Positions 39,991 to 53,063 of a stretch of DNA of 64,000 nucleotides are shown piece by piece (positions within the stretch are counted from its first letter, which is position 1; each line of letters starts with the position of its first letter). The DNA is from Fonticula alba ATCC 38817 (Eukaryota; Protista; Nucleariida): NCBI GenBank assembly GCA_000388065.2, contig KB932208.1. One strand, written 5' to 3'. A model generated the notes under the pieces. That model saw nothing but the letters and a program-made list of their open reading frames with translations, was not told where the DNA came from and searched no databases. The translations under genes and the position numbers were made by a program.

Positions 39991-42900
39991 GCCACTGCCG
40001 AGCCTGAGCCTGAGCCTGAGCCCGTTGTTGAGCCGGAGCCGGAGCCGGAGCCCGAGCCCGTTGTTGAACCCGAGCCCGAGCCCGAGCCCGTTGTCGAGCC
40101 GGAGCCCGAGCCTGTTGTTGAGTCTGAGCCTGAGCCCGCTGCCGAGCCCGAGCCCGTTGCCGAGCCCGAGCCCGTTGCCGAGCCCGTTGCCGAGCCCGAG
40201 CCCGTTGCCGAGCCCGAGCCCGAGCCTGAGCCCGTTGCCGAGCCCGAGCCCGAGCCTGAGCCCGTTGCCGAGCCTGAGCCCGAGCCCAAGCCCGAGCCCG
40301 TTGCCGAGCCCGAGCCCGAGCCGGAGCCCGTTGTCGAGGCTAAGCCTGAGCCGGCTGCCGAGAACAAGCCCCAGGTCAAGGCTGAGCCCAAGGTTGCTCC
40401 AACCAAGCCACTCTCCGGTATTGCGGCCCGGATTGCTGCTCTGAACTCCGGCGAGGCCGGTCCTTCCGGTGGGATTCCCACAGGTGGTGCTGCCCCGCCC
40501 TCCAAGATCAGCGCTCGGGCGTCCATGTTTGAGTCCCGTGCTGCTGAGACTACTCCGGCCCCGACTCGCGCCGCTGCTTCCTCCTCCGTGACCCCCCAAT
40601 CGGAGATTGCCTCTCGCCTTGCCTCCCTGCGCTCTACCGGTGCCGCTAAGACCGAGCCCGTCAAGACCGAGCCCGTCAAGGCCGAGCCGGCCAAGACTGA
40701 GCCCGCGGCTGAGCGTCTGTCGCATGCCTCTCGGCCCGTCGGCCCCCGGGGCCGCCGGGCTCCGACAGCCGACGGTCTGAAGGAGCGTGCGGCCCTGCCG
40801 GCTACCCTGCCCCCGGAGCCGACCTCCTCGACCAGTGAGATCGATACCTCCAGCCAGAGCGATGGGTCGATTGCCTCGCGCGCCGGGATGCTCAACCAGT
40901 CGACCGGTGGCAAGCCGCCCGGCGTGCCGCCCGGCGCTTTCAGCATGTTCGGTGGGGCCCCCCCTCCGAGCATTGTCAGCCGGAGTATGGCCGCTGCGGC
41001 GGCCAGCGCCGAGGACGAGTCTTCGACCGGGGGCGGCGCGCGCAAGCCCTTCCGCCCGCCTCCCGGCGCCGTGTCCATGATGGGCGGCCCTGGGCTGATG
41101 GCCGCGGCCATGGCCGCCGGCGGGGCGTCGCGTCTGCGCCGCGCTGGTGGTGCTGGTGCCGACCGGCCCCAGTCGATGTTCGTCGATCCGGCGGCCTTGA
41201 ACAACTTCCTGGCCACGAACTCCGCGGCCCCGGCGCGCAAGTCCACCCACGAGCCGGTTCTGGTGCGCCTCCGTGGGCGCCGGTCTCTGCCGGTGGTTGT
41301 CCCGCTGGAGGTGGCCTCCCTGTCGCATGCCGGGGTGTATGTCATGGTGGTGGATGCCGAGCAGGCGGTCTTCGTATGGCAGGGTGCTCGGTCGGCCCAA
41401 GTCCGCCGTGCCAAGGGCCTGGAGTTTGCCCACCGCGTCAAGGACCAGGACTACTCCGGTCGGGCGGTGGTGACCGTGGTGTCGGAGGGTGGCGATGGGG
41501 CGGAGTCTCGCCCCTCGCGGACCTTCTGGCGCCTTCTCGGGTCCGACTCGGCCAGCGGGCCGCGCCAGGTGGACGAGGCCCCGGCCTCCGGGCATCCCCT
41601 CGATGATGACGCGGCCTTCGACAAGGTCCTGGCCCTGGAGGATGGGGACCAGGCGCCTGCCGTGGATTCCGTCGATGCCAGCGGCACGGTGACCCGTGTG
41701 GCCACCGGCTTCCCGTCCTTCTCTCGGTCGCACTTGAAGGCCGACACGTCCATTGTGGTCCGGATCCCCGGGGGCGAGGTTTTCCTGTGGCACGGTCGTT
41801 CGGCGTCGGAGGAGCAGAAGCGCGCGGCGGCGGCTCATGCCACGTCGCAGCTGGGCTCCGCTGCCCCGGGGCGCGGGGTTCTGCTGGAGGAGCCGCGCGA
41901 GGAGCGGTGCATCTTCCGCGAGAAGTTCGCCGACTGGAATGCCCCGCGTCGGGTGGCGGCTGCTGGTGGCGGCGGGTCGGGTGCCGCCGGGGCGGCTGGC
42001 AGCGCGGGTGCCGCGTCGCCCATTGGTGGCGGCCTGGCCGCCGGCGAGTCGGTCTTCATCCCGCGGCTTCCGCAGCAGGGGAATATCAAGGCCGTCGACA
42101 AGACCTTCAAGGTGTATGATCGTGGCTCGGATGTCGGCAGCATCAGTGCCATTGACATCCCGACCATGATCAAGCCGGAGATCATCCCCTCGGAGACGCC
42201 GCTCTTCGACGTCCGTCACCAGGGCAAGGGTACCATCCTGCGTGTGCGTCTTTGCATTTCCCGCCGGTTCTTTGTCTTTTGGCATCTCCCCTGCGCCTCC
42301 TCGCCGCGTGCTGACCTGATGCGGTGTGCCATCTTGTGGCACCCGCCACCCATTCCGGCACCAGGCTTGGGCCATCGTCAACAGCGAGCCTGCCGAGTTG
42401 ACCGCCGAGCAGATTGAGTCCTTCCGGGAGTTTGGTTCTACCGACACGGTGATCTTCCTGTTTGAGTTCCGCGCGCCCAATCGCGAGGGCCCCGGGGACC
42501 GTCCTGCCAGCGTCATTTACTACTGGCTGGGCTCTGGTGCCAAGACCGTGCGTGATGGCGCCCTTCTCCTCTGTGTCCCGAAGCATGCAGCCTGTGCCTG
42601 TGTTGCCGCCCTTATGTCTCCTCTGACTCTTGTGCTTCTCTCGCCCCCCCCCTCTCTGGATCTTTCCATCTCTTCATCTCTTCATCTCTTCATCTCTCCA
42701 TCTCTCCATCTCTCCATCTCTCCATCTCTCCATCTCTCCATCTCTCCATCTCTCCATCTCTCCATCTCTCCATCTCTTCATCTCTGGATCTCTGGATCTC
42801 TGAATCTCTTCATCTCTGCGTCTCTCCCGGTGGATCCCGTTCCCAGGGTGACACCGGCACTGCGGCTCTGTTCGCGGCGGATCTCGAGCGCGAGCATGGT

Positions 42901-44191
42901 GCCCCGCTGATGCGCATCGTCCAGGGCCACGAGCCGGAGGACTTTGTGGCCATCTTCCGCAGCCGGATGGTTGTCCGCGAGGGGTCCTTCCAGGATGCCG
43001 ACAGGAAGATGACCGCCCCGGGGTCGGAGGCCCGACTCTTCCGGGTACAGGCTGTTGGCACCGGGCGCATTTGCAAGGCCGTCCAGACGCCAACCACTTC
43101 GGCCGAGGAGCTCTTTACCGGGGCCTCTTTTGTTTTGCTGACGCCGCCGACCGGACCGGTGACGGCTCTCTCGGGACCGACGGTCACCGTGTGGCATGGA
43201 GCCGGGGCCTTTGAGTATGAGCGGACGGCTGCCGAGCGGATTGCCCGCTCGGCCAGTCTCGACGGGTCGATGACCATCCTGACGGAGGCCGACACGGCCT
43301 CCAACGCCGGGCATGCCTTCTGGTCCAAGGTGACCGGTGGTCACGCCTCCTTCGCCGGGTCGCTGGACTGGCAGCGCCCGCATGCGACCGCCAAGGCAGC
43401 CGCCTCGGCTGGCGAGTATCGCGTGCGGCTCTTCCGCCTTTCTCACATTCGCCACGGCAACCCCACGGTACGTGCCGTGTCCCTCCCTCCCCCGGCCAGT
43501 TGTGTCCCCTGTCCTGCGCTGTCCCGTGCCTCCCTTTCCTGACAATCTCCTCCGTGGTTGCCTGCCTTCCCCCCCCCCCTCCCCCCCGTGCGGATGCATT
43601 GCCGGTGACTCCTCGGCTATCTGCGCTGCCTCCCAGGCCGAGGAGATCGAGCCCTTCAAGCAGTCGGATCTGGCCATCGAGGGTGTCTACTTCCTGGATG
43701 CCTTTAGCCAGGCCTTTGTCTGGGTCGGGCGCGGGTGTGTGCAGACCATTCGCGACTTGAACCTGGCCATCAGCACGTCGCAGAACTATGTGGACCATGT
43801 GGAGCGCCATGAGGCTGGGCGCTTGTCGCGCGACCGGCTCTTCATGATCCACGAGGACCATGAGCCGGCCAACTTCCGGCGGATGTTCTTCAATGGGTGG
43901 CAGCCGTGGACTTCTTCGCGTGCTGGCAGCATTGCCCCGGTGCACATCGCCGACTTCGACCGGTCGCCGATGACCGTGGACCAGGTGCAGCGGGACTTCT
44001 TCGAGGCCAAGTACTCGCCGGCCGTCCTGATGGACTTCCTGCGCTTGCCGTTCGGCGTGGACCCTGCCAACCTGGACCACTACCTGAGCGATGCCGACTT
44101 CCAGGAGAAGTTCGGCATGTCGCGCGAGGAGTATGCCAGCCAGCCGAAGTGGCGCCAGACCAATGCGAAGCGCAAGTCCGGCTTCTTCTAA
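38738..44191 (+). CDS. Supervillin/villin-family actin-binding protein: long acidic Pro/Glu-rich N-terminus, five gelsolin repeats, villin headpiece; true start upstream and uncertain
   Basis: Gelsolin-type repeats with [70 protein letters not shown] and [25 protein letters not shown]. Headpiece [48 protein letters not shown], stop TAA at 44189-44191. Confidence 0.9.
39296..40360 (+). repeat. Coding tandem repeats ([14 protein letters not shown])n in the villin-family gene, interrupted by gap 39504-39806
   Basis: GAGCCCGAGCCCGTTGCC-type units read directly. Confidence 0.9.
42661..42800. repeat. 8-bp intronic tandem repeat (CATCTCTC)n
   Basis: Read directly in an intron of the villin-family gene. 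Confidence 0.9.
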
Positions 44192-44999
44192 GCATGTGTG
44201 TGCGGGTGTCTTTCCGCGCATGGACCGCCATGTGCACTTCTACCCCTGTTCCTACCTGTGCCTTGCCTTCTTTTCTTCTTGCTGTTCCAAAATGCCTGTC
44301 TTCCCCCTCTGGTCCGCCTCCCCTCCAGTCCTTTTGCGGGGCGGTGGATTTGTGCGGGATAATATAACAGGTCATGTACATATACCTAAATCTCTCTCTC
44401 TCTCTCTCTCGGCACCTCGTTTTTTTTTCGCCAATGCTTTGATTATTCCTTTTTGTCCTTCCTCTTTCAGACTATTTGCCACCTGTGTTGTAATTGTGTG
44501 CAGGCGCTGGTACCAGCGGAGGCCACAGTCTCAAGGCATTCCCCGCGCATCTGTCATCTTGCACATGTATGCTGGGTGCCATCCCCTTGTGACCGTCTCC
44601 ATATCCTTCCTCTTTCGTGAGGTGTTTCTCCTCGGCGTCCTCTCTCTTTCCCTCTCTCTCTCTCTCTCCCTCTATGTCCCTCCCTCTATGTCCCCCCTCC
44701 CAACCTCATCTCACAGCCGAGCATGCTGAAGCACATAGCACCAGAGGGGGGTTCTATTTGGCGACTCGCCATGTGCCTTCTCTCTCCTCCCTGTCATTCA
44801 TGCCCCTTGTTGCTTGTGCGCGTACATGGTCGTTCGCTCGCTCGCTCGCACACATGCAAATGTGTTTCCTTGTCTTGGAGGCCGGCCAAAGAGGATGATC
44901 GTGAAGGCATGAACAGGGCAAGCGGTCTTTATTTTGCCCCTGGCGCCCATGTGGCCTGAGCGCGTCGTGCTCCACCAAGCACACCGGTCATGCCCCAAC

Positions 45000-46857
45000 T
45001 CAGAACCACATAAAGTGGCCCTGGAGGTCGGTGGCCTGGCTGGAGAATGGCCCGTCCGAGCAGGCATGGTGGTTCTTTCCCGGGTAAACCACGGTAGCAA
45101 CGCCGGGCTGGAGTCATTTTTCGTGTGTCAGAGAGGCGGGCTCTTGTCGCTGGTCTCAGGGCGGAGGGGGAAGATGTGCCCGTGAAGCCACCGGGGGGTA
45201 GACACTTGGGAAATGGGGCAAAATGGCAGGCACCGAACAGGGCCGGGCCCGGGGATGCCGGGGGCTATGGCGTACCTCCAAGTCCAAGCGCTGGCCGCCA
45301 ATGCATACGTTGCGCGCGCGAGGCACATCAATCGGCAGGGCGGCCACGAAGCCGCGCGGGGTGCTTGCCCGCGACAAGTGGCCGGCGCCCTGCAGCTGAA
45401 GGGTGGGCGGCAGGCGCAGGACACGCGCCCACTCGACCATGTCACCGAGGTCGCTTTGGGGATCGGCCGGGCGGATTCGCGTCACGCGAGCCCAGCTGTC
45501 CTGGTGTTGGGTGTCGCCATCGGTCGACCGGTGGTGGGCGTCGGCTGCCGGCACGAGCTCCGTGTCGGCACTGTATACCCGCTCGGTATTCCCGTCAAAG
45601 GTGCACACGCGTACCGGGGCGGCATGGGGCTCCGGGAGCATGGGGAATGGCTCGGCCCGGTCGACGGCATACAGCTAGATCCGGGTCCCGGGAGAGGAGG
45701 CCCCCGGGGGGAGGGGGGGGGGGGAAACACGGATGAGGCACGCAGGCAATGGCATTGGGCGGTGCGACGTATGTGATCAAGAGCATGGAGACGCGAGGGA
45801 GAGGTTAGTCCCGGGGCACATGGGAGAGCGAGGCGGCGAAGGGGGGTGGGGAGGGGGGGGGGAAGCATGTCGATAAAGAACCACACCGCCGAGGAGGCAG
45901 CATGAGCAGGGCGGCAAGCCGGGGGCCCTTCCATCGTACCACTTCGCCGGAGTGCATGCAGCCCTGGCGGCCGACGATGAGGCCGGTTTGGTCGGTGATG
46001 ATGGCTTGGCGGAGGATCTTCTCGGTGGGTTCCAGCTGCTGGCGCCGGCGCAGGGTCAGGTCGCCCATGAGGCGAACCTGGCAGGCCACCTGGCTGTTGG
46101 TGGCGGCCTGCCCGCGCAGGACCGACCGCCGATACTCGTAGTCCCCGCGACAGGCCAAGCCCCCGCCGACGTTGTGATAGCGCTTGAGCTTGGCGAAGGC
46201 GGCCGCACTGCGGGGCACCTCCACCACCAGGGCCCGGTCACCGGTGCCAGCCACCTGGGGGAGCGCCACCCGGTCGGCCCCCGGCGGCCACATGTAGACG
46301 ATCATGACCACGGCCGCGGCCGACACCACGAGGGCCGTGACCAGGCGCTCGATGCGCTCCTGCAGCATGGACTTCGGGTTGACCCAGTGGCTGACGGCCT
46401 CGCGCTGGCGGATGCGCGCCAGCCGGCCCCGCTCGGTGGGGGTCAGGTGCGCCTCGGCCGGGTCATAGAACTGACTGGCGTCCGGCAGCAGCGAGGACAC
46501 CACCCGGCCCGAGGCGTCCAGACACTGGCCCTCCGGGGAGATGCGCAAGGCGCCGTGGGTGCTGTTCGGCGCGGCGGGGCTTTCCGAAGTGGCCCCGGGG
46601 CGTCGGGCGGCCCCCGGGCGATTGACCGAGGCCGAGCTTTCATCCAGGCGCAATGTGTCCGTGCTGGTGAGGCCCGGCAGCGAGGCGTCCGGGGCGATGC
46701 CCTCCGCTCGAGCGGCAGTGCTGGCGGCCGAGAGCGAGGCTGTCCCCTTGCGGGAGGCTTGCGAGCGGCCCTTTTGCACGGAGGTGGAGGTCCCCTCGTC
46801 GAAGTCCGTGGCATGGCTGGAGGGCGACTCGCCGCCCTTGGTGGAGGTCCGCGTCAT
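45000..46857 (-). CDS. Hypothetical single-pass (type II-like) membrane protein, 3 exons
   Basis: ATG 46857 and hydrophobic segment LVTALVVSAAAVVMIVYMW. Phase-0 splices HSGEV|LYAVDRAE (acceptor ~45675) and LDLE|PGVATVVY give an open frame to TGA at 45000-45002. No family recognised. Confidence 0.6.
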
Positions 46858-47153
46858 GGCTGTGCATGCGTGGGCGAGTGGAGGCTGTCAGTCGGAACCA
46901 CGGAACTGACCGGCGGCCGGGCGCGCGGTGGCCGGGGGCGACAGAGTGTGCATTTGTCAGTCGATGCCATACCTGAGCGGGCACTTGGTGTGCTGGGGCT
47001 CTTGCTTCGCCAGAACGAGCGCTGACTGGTGGTGGGAACTGTCCGGCCGGGGGGGGNNNNNNNNNNGGGGGGCTTTCTTGTGTGGCTCTATGCCTCGAAG
47101 GGGCGATGCGCCAAAGTCACTCACGGGAGGCAGGACACCGAGCGGCCGTGTGC

Positions 47154-47188
<35 letters not shown>

Positions 47189-49213
47189 CGAGTATGTAGA
47201 GGCGTGTGCGGATGGGAGGATGGAGAGAGGCAAGGAGGGGCTCTCAAGAGACAAGGGCACGGCCGTGCTTCACACGAGGGGGGGGGATATGGAGGGGAGG
47301 GGGATTTGGTTAAGAACCGGGCAGAATGCCTGGAGGCCACTCGATGCCAAAAAAATGATGCTCCCCGATGCCGGACCACAGAAGCAAGCCAATGCGGGCT
47401 GTGGGATTGCGGCGGGCTCCGGTTCGCGCCCCGGCCGATGGGGATGCCCCAGCACTCCGGCAGGGTCACTGCACACCGGGGGGCAACCGGCCGGCAGCCA
47501 TTGCCCTCGACAAGGGCAAGCCTTGGGCCCGGGGCCGGCGGCCGGGGTGGGGCCGGCCAAAGGGGGGCCCATCTGCTACTGACACCCGGATCCGATATGT
47601 CATATCCGGATATCAGGGCAGGGCAGCTGCCATCCTGCGAGGCCCCGGGTCTGGCACCGCCCGAAGCCGCCCCGGCGGTGGGGGCGTTGTGAAGCCGCCT
47701 CCTCGCCGGCAACGGGGCGGAAGATCAGTTACCACCGGAAGGAAGAAATGCCATGTGCAGGAAGCTCCTCGGCCTCTTGTCCCCTCCTCGAATCGTGGAG
47801 CCGCCTGGGCAACGACAGATGGCGGCGGCCCTGGGGACCATCGGCCCGCCGGGCCGCGAGGAGGCCAAGTGCCCCGGAGAAAGCAAGAACATGGGCGCGA
47901 GGCCGACCCGATTGACGGCTATCCGGGGCCGGGACAGGTATCACTCCCCCCCCCCCCCCCCACGGATATCTCACTTTCGAGGCCTCAGCTGCCAACAGAC
48001 CCGAGGGCAGTCGTGGGCTATTTTGCGACTGTGGGCTATGGGATATTCCCGGTGATCTGGAAGTCCCCCACCGTGCTGGTTTCCCCCCCCCCCCCACCCC
48101 ACCCCTCGCCCCCTCCAGTCACCGAGACCGGGCGCCTTGGCAGGTGCGACCGACCGGCCGCGCCCAATGTGCTCCCTCATATCGAGTTCCCTCGCGCTCC
48201 CCCCAGTGGGGAGGTGGTCATCACAGGCACGTCCGGGCCTCTTGCCAGGCCCATGCTGAGCTTGCGTTTCGCGGCCGATCCCCCGCCTCTTCCTCGGCCT
48301 GGCGCTCTTCCTGCCACCATGGGGTGCGGCTGCATGATGGACAGGGAAAATTTCCCACCCGGCGCATGAGTGCGGGGGGCGGGGGGCGGGGGGCGGGGGG
48401 GGGGATGGGCGGGGTCCGCCCCAAGTTTTCGACCCTCCGACACGGGCAGCGTGAAATTTTCATCACCGCGCCCGGGAATAGCACTCATCGCCATTTGCCA
48501 AGTTTTGCCTGACTGCCCCTGCGGGGCTCGACGAGGCGTGTGCCCTTCGCATGAAGGCACACGCTTCGCCGTCCGCCCGCTCGCCCACACATGCCCATCC
48601 CGGAAGGGCGGGAGAGGCGGCAACATGAGGACCGCGAAGGGGCAGCGAAACCCCCCCGGTCCCCATGGCTACCCGGACCGGGGGCGGGCGGGACGGAGCC
48701 ATGTGCCACAGGCAGCTGCGCTTCCCTGCGGGGGGGGCCGGGCAAAAGCACATACGCCCCGGAACGCGGTGGCGCCCCTCGGCAAATAGCCGGCGGGTGG
48801 CAGCAGGGGCTTCACACCCTGCGGTGTTAATCCCCCATCGAAGAGACTAGAAAGCGGGCCTTCTCCGCGGAGTTGACCCTGCCCTTCGGCAGGGGGCATT
48901 TGGAAACACCCTGGCCCGCATGACCGAGCCCGAGGACAATCTATTAGTGCTCTTCCGCCAAGAAGTGGAGGGAGCAAGAGACGGGCAAAAGGGAGGGGGG
49001 GGGGAGGCAGGGAGGAGGCACACAGCTGGCCAGGAGCGGATGCTTGGTGCCATGGGGGAGTAAGGAAAATAGACCCGAGAGTGCCAGCATGTGTGTGTGG
49101 GCACATGCACATGTCAACTTCGCCAGGCTGTTACCGGAGGACTCCTCGTCCTGCCCGGCTGGGCTTGGGCGGCCGTGCGGCCGCCCAGGCGGCTGTGCCC
49201 TTTGCAGGGCGGG

Positions 49214-52200
49214 TCAAATGAACTGCTTCGCCGCATCACGATACCAGTCCGGAATATCGGCGGTGCTCCAGTCCAGCCGGGTGAGGGCGGACTTGCGATT
49301 TTGGCTAACTTGCCGCAGGAAGGACGGGATGGTGTCTCGGCCTGGGGCCGGGTCACGGGGTTCCTCCTTCTGAGGGATGTAGTAGCCGTAGGACACGAAA
49401 ATCTCCTCGCCTACAAGGGGGACCCGAAGAGGAGCCCGGCGGGCGGCGGGGACGGATCCCAAAGGCAGAGAAGGCGCAGAGGGGGCAAAGTCAGACAAGG
49501 GCGAGGGGGGGGGGGGCAGCGGTCGAGCGAGGGCAAGCGGTTGCGCCGTCGGAAATCACATACCGGCGCGAATGGGCCGCGTAGAAATGAGACACATGAT
49601 GTGCCCGAAGCGTGGATGCCAGGTGTCCGCGAATCGGGCATTCACCTGGCCCTGGTCGAAGGAATGGTTGGCCTTATGTGCCAAGGTCGCGGTGTAAGCC
49701 ATGGCCGGGGCCACCTGGCGCGTGCCCGCCACGCCGAAGGCCCCGAAAGAGGGGGAGTCCCCTGGCGGCACGTCCAGCACCGTGAACCGGCAAAGGGTGA
49801 TGGCATTGATGTTGGCGTGCCAGGGTCTACTGTCGACGTGGTGGGCCGAAACTCGGATGCCATTGTAGTAGGAGATCAGTCGCTTTGGAGGACGTCAGTC
49901 ATCGGGCGAGCGGGCGGACGGGCGGGTGGACACATCGAGCTCCGGGCAGGGACACCCGCCTGGCCGGGAATGATGGCAAGAGGAGAACGCACATCCTCCT
50001 CCAGGTCACACAGGGCGAAGAGCCCGTCTCCGGCGTCGGGCCCAACGCCCGATGGCCCGATGGCAGTCCGGCACAGCCCCAGCAGATCCCGGCTCCGGGG
50101 AGCCTGGCTGAAGTGCTGGCAGTTGGAGGGGTCATAGGATTCATCGATGTTGATGCGCTCATTGCCGGCAGACAGGTCCACCTGAGAGAGGGCTTTGCGC
50201 AATCCGGGGGGCGGGTGAGCGATCAGATGGGCTCGCTCCTGCTCGGTGAATGCGGGCGCCTGGCCAAAACGCCCACACTACCCAGGCGGGAGGGAGGCGT
50301 CCGGCGAGGGAAGCGGAGAGGGGGGGGGGGGGGTGCGGGGGGAGGGCGGCATACCAACGCATGGTTGTAAGCAAGAGAGTGGACCTTTCAAGCGGAGTCA
50401 CAAGTGGCAAGAGAAAAAGCCGGACAACTAGGCACGCAAAGAGCACACACAGACACACAGACACACAGACACACACACACAGACACACACACACAGACAC
50501 ACACACAGACACAGACACACAGACAGACACACAGACACAGACACACAGACACACACACACAGACACACACACACACAGACACACAGACACACAGACACAC
50601 AGACACACAGACACACAGACACACACACACACAGACACACAGACACACACACACACCTTAAAGGTCCCGAACACCTCACGGCCATTGTCGAAAAGGACGG
50701 AGCTCGCCGGGCCTGGCAGGGCACTTTGACGGGCACATGCGTCGCCCTTGCATCCGAGCAATGGACACGACTCGACCATGCCGTTGAGGGGGGAAATGCC
50801 GACATTGGTGATCCAAACACAATAATCTCGGCTGTCGTCGCACTCGTCATCGGCCAACAGCATCAGCAGGGTCGGCTGGGCCGGGGGCACATCGAGAGGC
50901 ATGCGAAGGCATTCACATCGGACAGGCGGAAGAGTCGACCCAGCCGGCAGGGCCAGGCAGGCGTCGGTCTGTGCGGAGGCCGGCACCTCCGGCACCGCCT
51001 GGCAGTGGGCAATGCTCTTGAAAACGGCCGGGCAGGTGACCGGGTCCAGTTCGGCCGACACCGAGAGCTCGGCCCGGCGGACCCCGGGGGCCAGGACGAA
51101 GTCTGCCAGCAGGGGCTCCGCGTGGCCGGTTTCCGGCAGCTGCTCGACCGTCGACCGCCCGGCACATGGGAGATCGTCCACCACGCCGGGACGCAGGGCA
51201 ATCACCGAGAGCGGGGGCAAAAGGGAGGCATCCGGGGCGCGCGAGGGCATGTTCACATGCCAGAGACGAATGCGCGCCAAGACCCCGAAGAAGGCACGTC
51301 CCTTGAGAATGCAGGCACCCGTGTTGTCGAAGACGCGCACTTCGCCGTGCGGGACAAACCAAGGCCCGGGAGCCTCGGCACTTGGGGATGGCCGCCTGGT
51401 CGGCTCCCCGCCGAAGAGGGGCTCCGGGGCTTGTTCACGCCAGCGAGGCGCCAGCCGGGCTCCCGGGAGGGCACTTCGCCGGACTGCCATGGCAAACCCC
51501 TCCAGCCGGGCATACCCCCCGGTGGAGTATTCAAACGTGGCGGTCGGTGTCCAGGCGCGAGGCGCCATCTCGGGCGAGCCGGCCGCGGCACACGGGCGCT
51601 CGAAGAGGGTTGCCCCGTTGTCCGAGTCATAGGGAACCAGGGGGCAGGGCAGGGCCCCGGTGCCGGTGCCGGTGCCGGTCCCGGTGCCGGTGCCGGTGCC
51701 GGCATCAGCATTGATGGATAGGCCCAGGAGGCCCCCAACAATATCAGGTCCCTTGCAGGCCTCAGCACCGGGGCCAGTCTCGCCGCTGTCGTCGCCATCA
51801 GCATCGTCATCGTCATCGGCGCCATCGCTGCTGCCAGTGTCCTCCTCATCGGACCAGGGGAGATCCAGCCAAGCACCAGCGGCCGCCAGGTCGGAAGCCA
51901 GATCCCCAGTGTCCGTGCCCCCGGCAGGCAGGAGCGCCGCTGGGCAGGACGGCGGGGCGCCCTCGCGGTCGAGGGTCGTCCGAAGGGTGGAGTGATCCGG
52001 CAGCCAGAGGACCACACGGCCAATGTGCCGTCCGGCCGAGGGGTCATAGCGGCCGTCCACATGGGCAATCTTCGTGCCCGGGGGGGGGGGGGGGGGGAGG
52101 CGAGCGGGTCAGCGTACGTCAGTGGCCAGGCGGCGAGGAGGGAGGCGAGCGACAGGGGGAGGGCGACTGTGCCGCCAACGGGCGGCGGAAAGAGACCCCG

Positions 52201-52371
52201 ACCCGGGCACAGGGAGGGACGCACGCCAGTCAGCTCGCGGTCCAGGCGCGGCAGCCAGGGGATGCAACGCCCGAGGAAGTATGGGTCATCGCCGAAGCCA
52301 TCGGTCTGATCGGACGCAGGGTTCCAGGCTGCCGGCACCCCGGCCGCGTTTGCCTCGGGGGCAGCATGCAT
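49214..52371 (-). CDS. SETD7: SETD7 (SET7/9)-like protein lysine methyltransferase with MORN-like N-terminal region
   Basis: AGDGLFA, LISYYNGIRVSAHHVDSRPWHANINAITL..VLDVP, YTATLAHKANHSF, WHPRFGHIMCLISTRPI, EEIFVSYGY and IPDWY are collinear with remembered human SETD7 motifs (FYNGVRITHQEVDSRDW, LGHKANHSF, HPRFGPIKC, ELTVAYGY, PEWY). MORN-like hairpins: HVDGRY..GRVVLWLPDHSTL, PHGEVRVFDNTG..ILKG and VLFDNGREVFGTF. Confidence 0.88.
50440..50655. repeat. Compound (CA)n/(GACACA)n microsatellite in a SETD7 intron
   Basis: Read directly. Confidence 0.9.
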
Positions 52372-52759
52372 TTGGGCACCGGCGACGCAGGGGAGGCGGA
52401 AGAGGAGCGGACGGAGAGAGGAGGAGAGAAGGGAAGGGGGAGTGGAGGAAATGGGAGATCTGGGACCTGTATATGCGGACGATGTGGGATCCCGCGGTGG
52501 GAGGGCCGCCGGCCCGGCGGCCGGCCCATTGAAAAGGGGAGGGAGTTTGTCGGGGAGAGGCGCGGGCGCCCCGCCGTGCAGGGGCCCCCCCCTCGGCGCC
52601 CCAGGCCGCTCGCCCGACCAGGGGCAGGGACGCGGGATCGCGCCTCCGGCCGGACGGCGGCCGGGGTCTAGCGATCGAAGCGTTGGCATCTTCTGATCGG
52701 CGCCCACGGACCCCTGTGGCGGTCGTTTTTTCGACTGGGCGAGATCTCGGGCGAGGGGC

Positions 52760-52810
<51 letters not shown>
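52760..52810. repeat. (GGCT)n tetranucleotide repeat in the divergent SETD7/CENP-N intergenic region
   Basis: Read directly. Confidence 0.9.
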
Positions 52811-52812
<2 letters not shown>

Positions 52813-53063
52813 GCTGGCGGGGGGTTCTCCAAGGGGCTCCGTGCGTGCGGGCGTGCGTTTTTCGGCGGCCAGCCCCGGCCCAGCGGGCCCTCCCTTCCTC
52901 TTCCGCCCCCCGCCCCGCCTGCAAAAATCGTGTGGCCTTCTCCGTCGCCCGTGCTCCCTGTCGCCCTTCTCTCCGCGCCTTTGCTGCTTCCCCCGCCCTC
53001 CCCCCCCCCTCTCTCTCCCTCTGGCAGCGCACACTTGACACGCCCATTGGCCGGCCGCCTGCC

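Noticed and set aside
39085-42516. 1143-aa and 745-aa minus-strand ORFs with LGLG/GSGS repeats
   Set aside because: These are antisense shadows of the GC-rich, repeat-containing villin-family exon.
47700-48370. Possible small + strand spliced gene (VVGYFATVGYGIFPVIW...)
   Set aside because: No clear start, no consistent exon chain and no recognisable motif; insufficient support.
50250-50850. Cys-Val-rich or His-Thr-rich ORFs resembling metallothionein
   Set aside because: They are translations of the intronic CA microsatellite.
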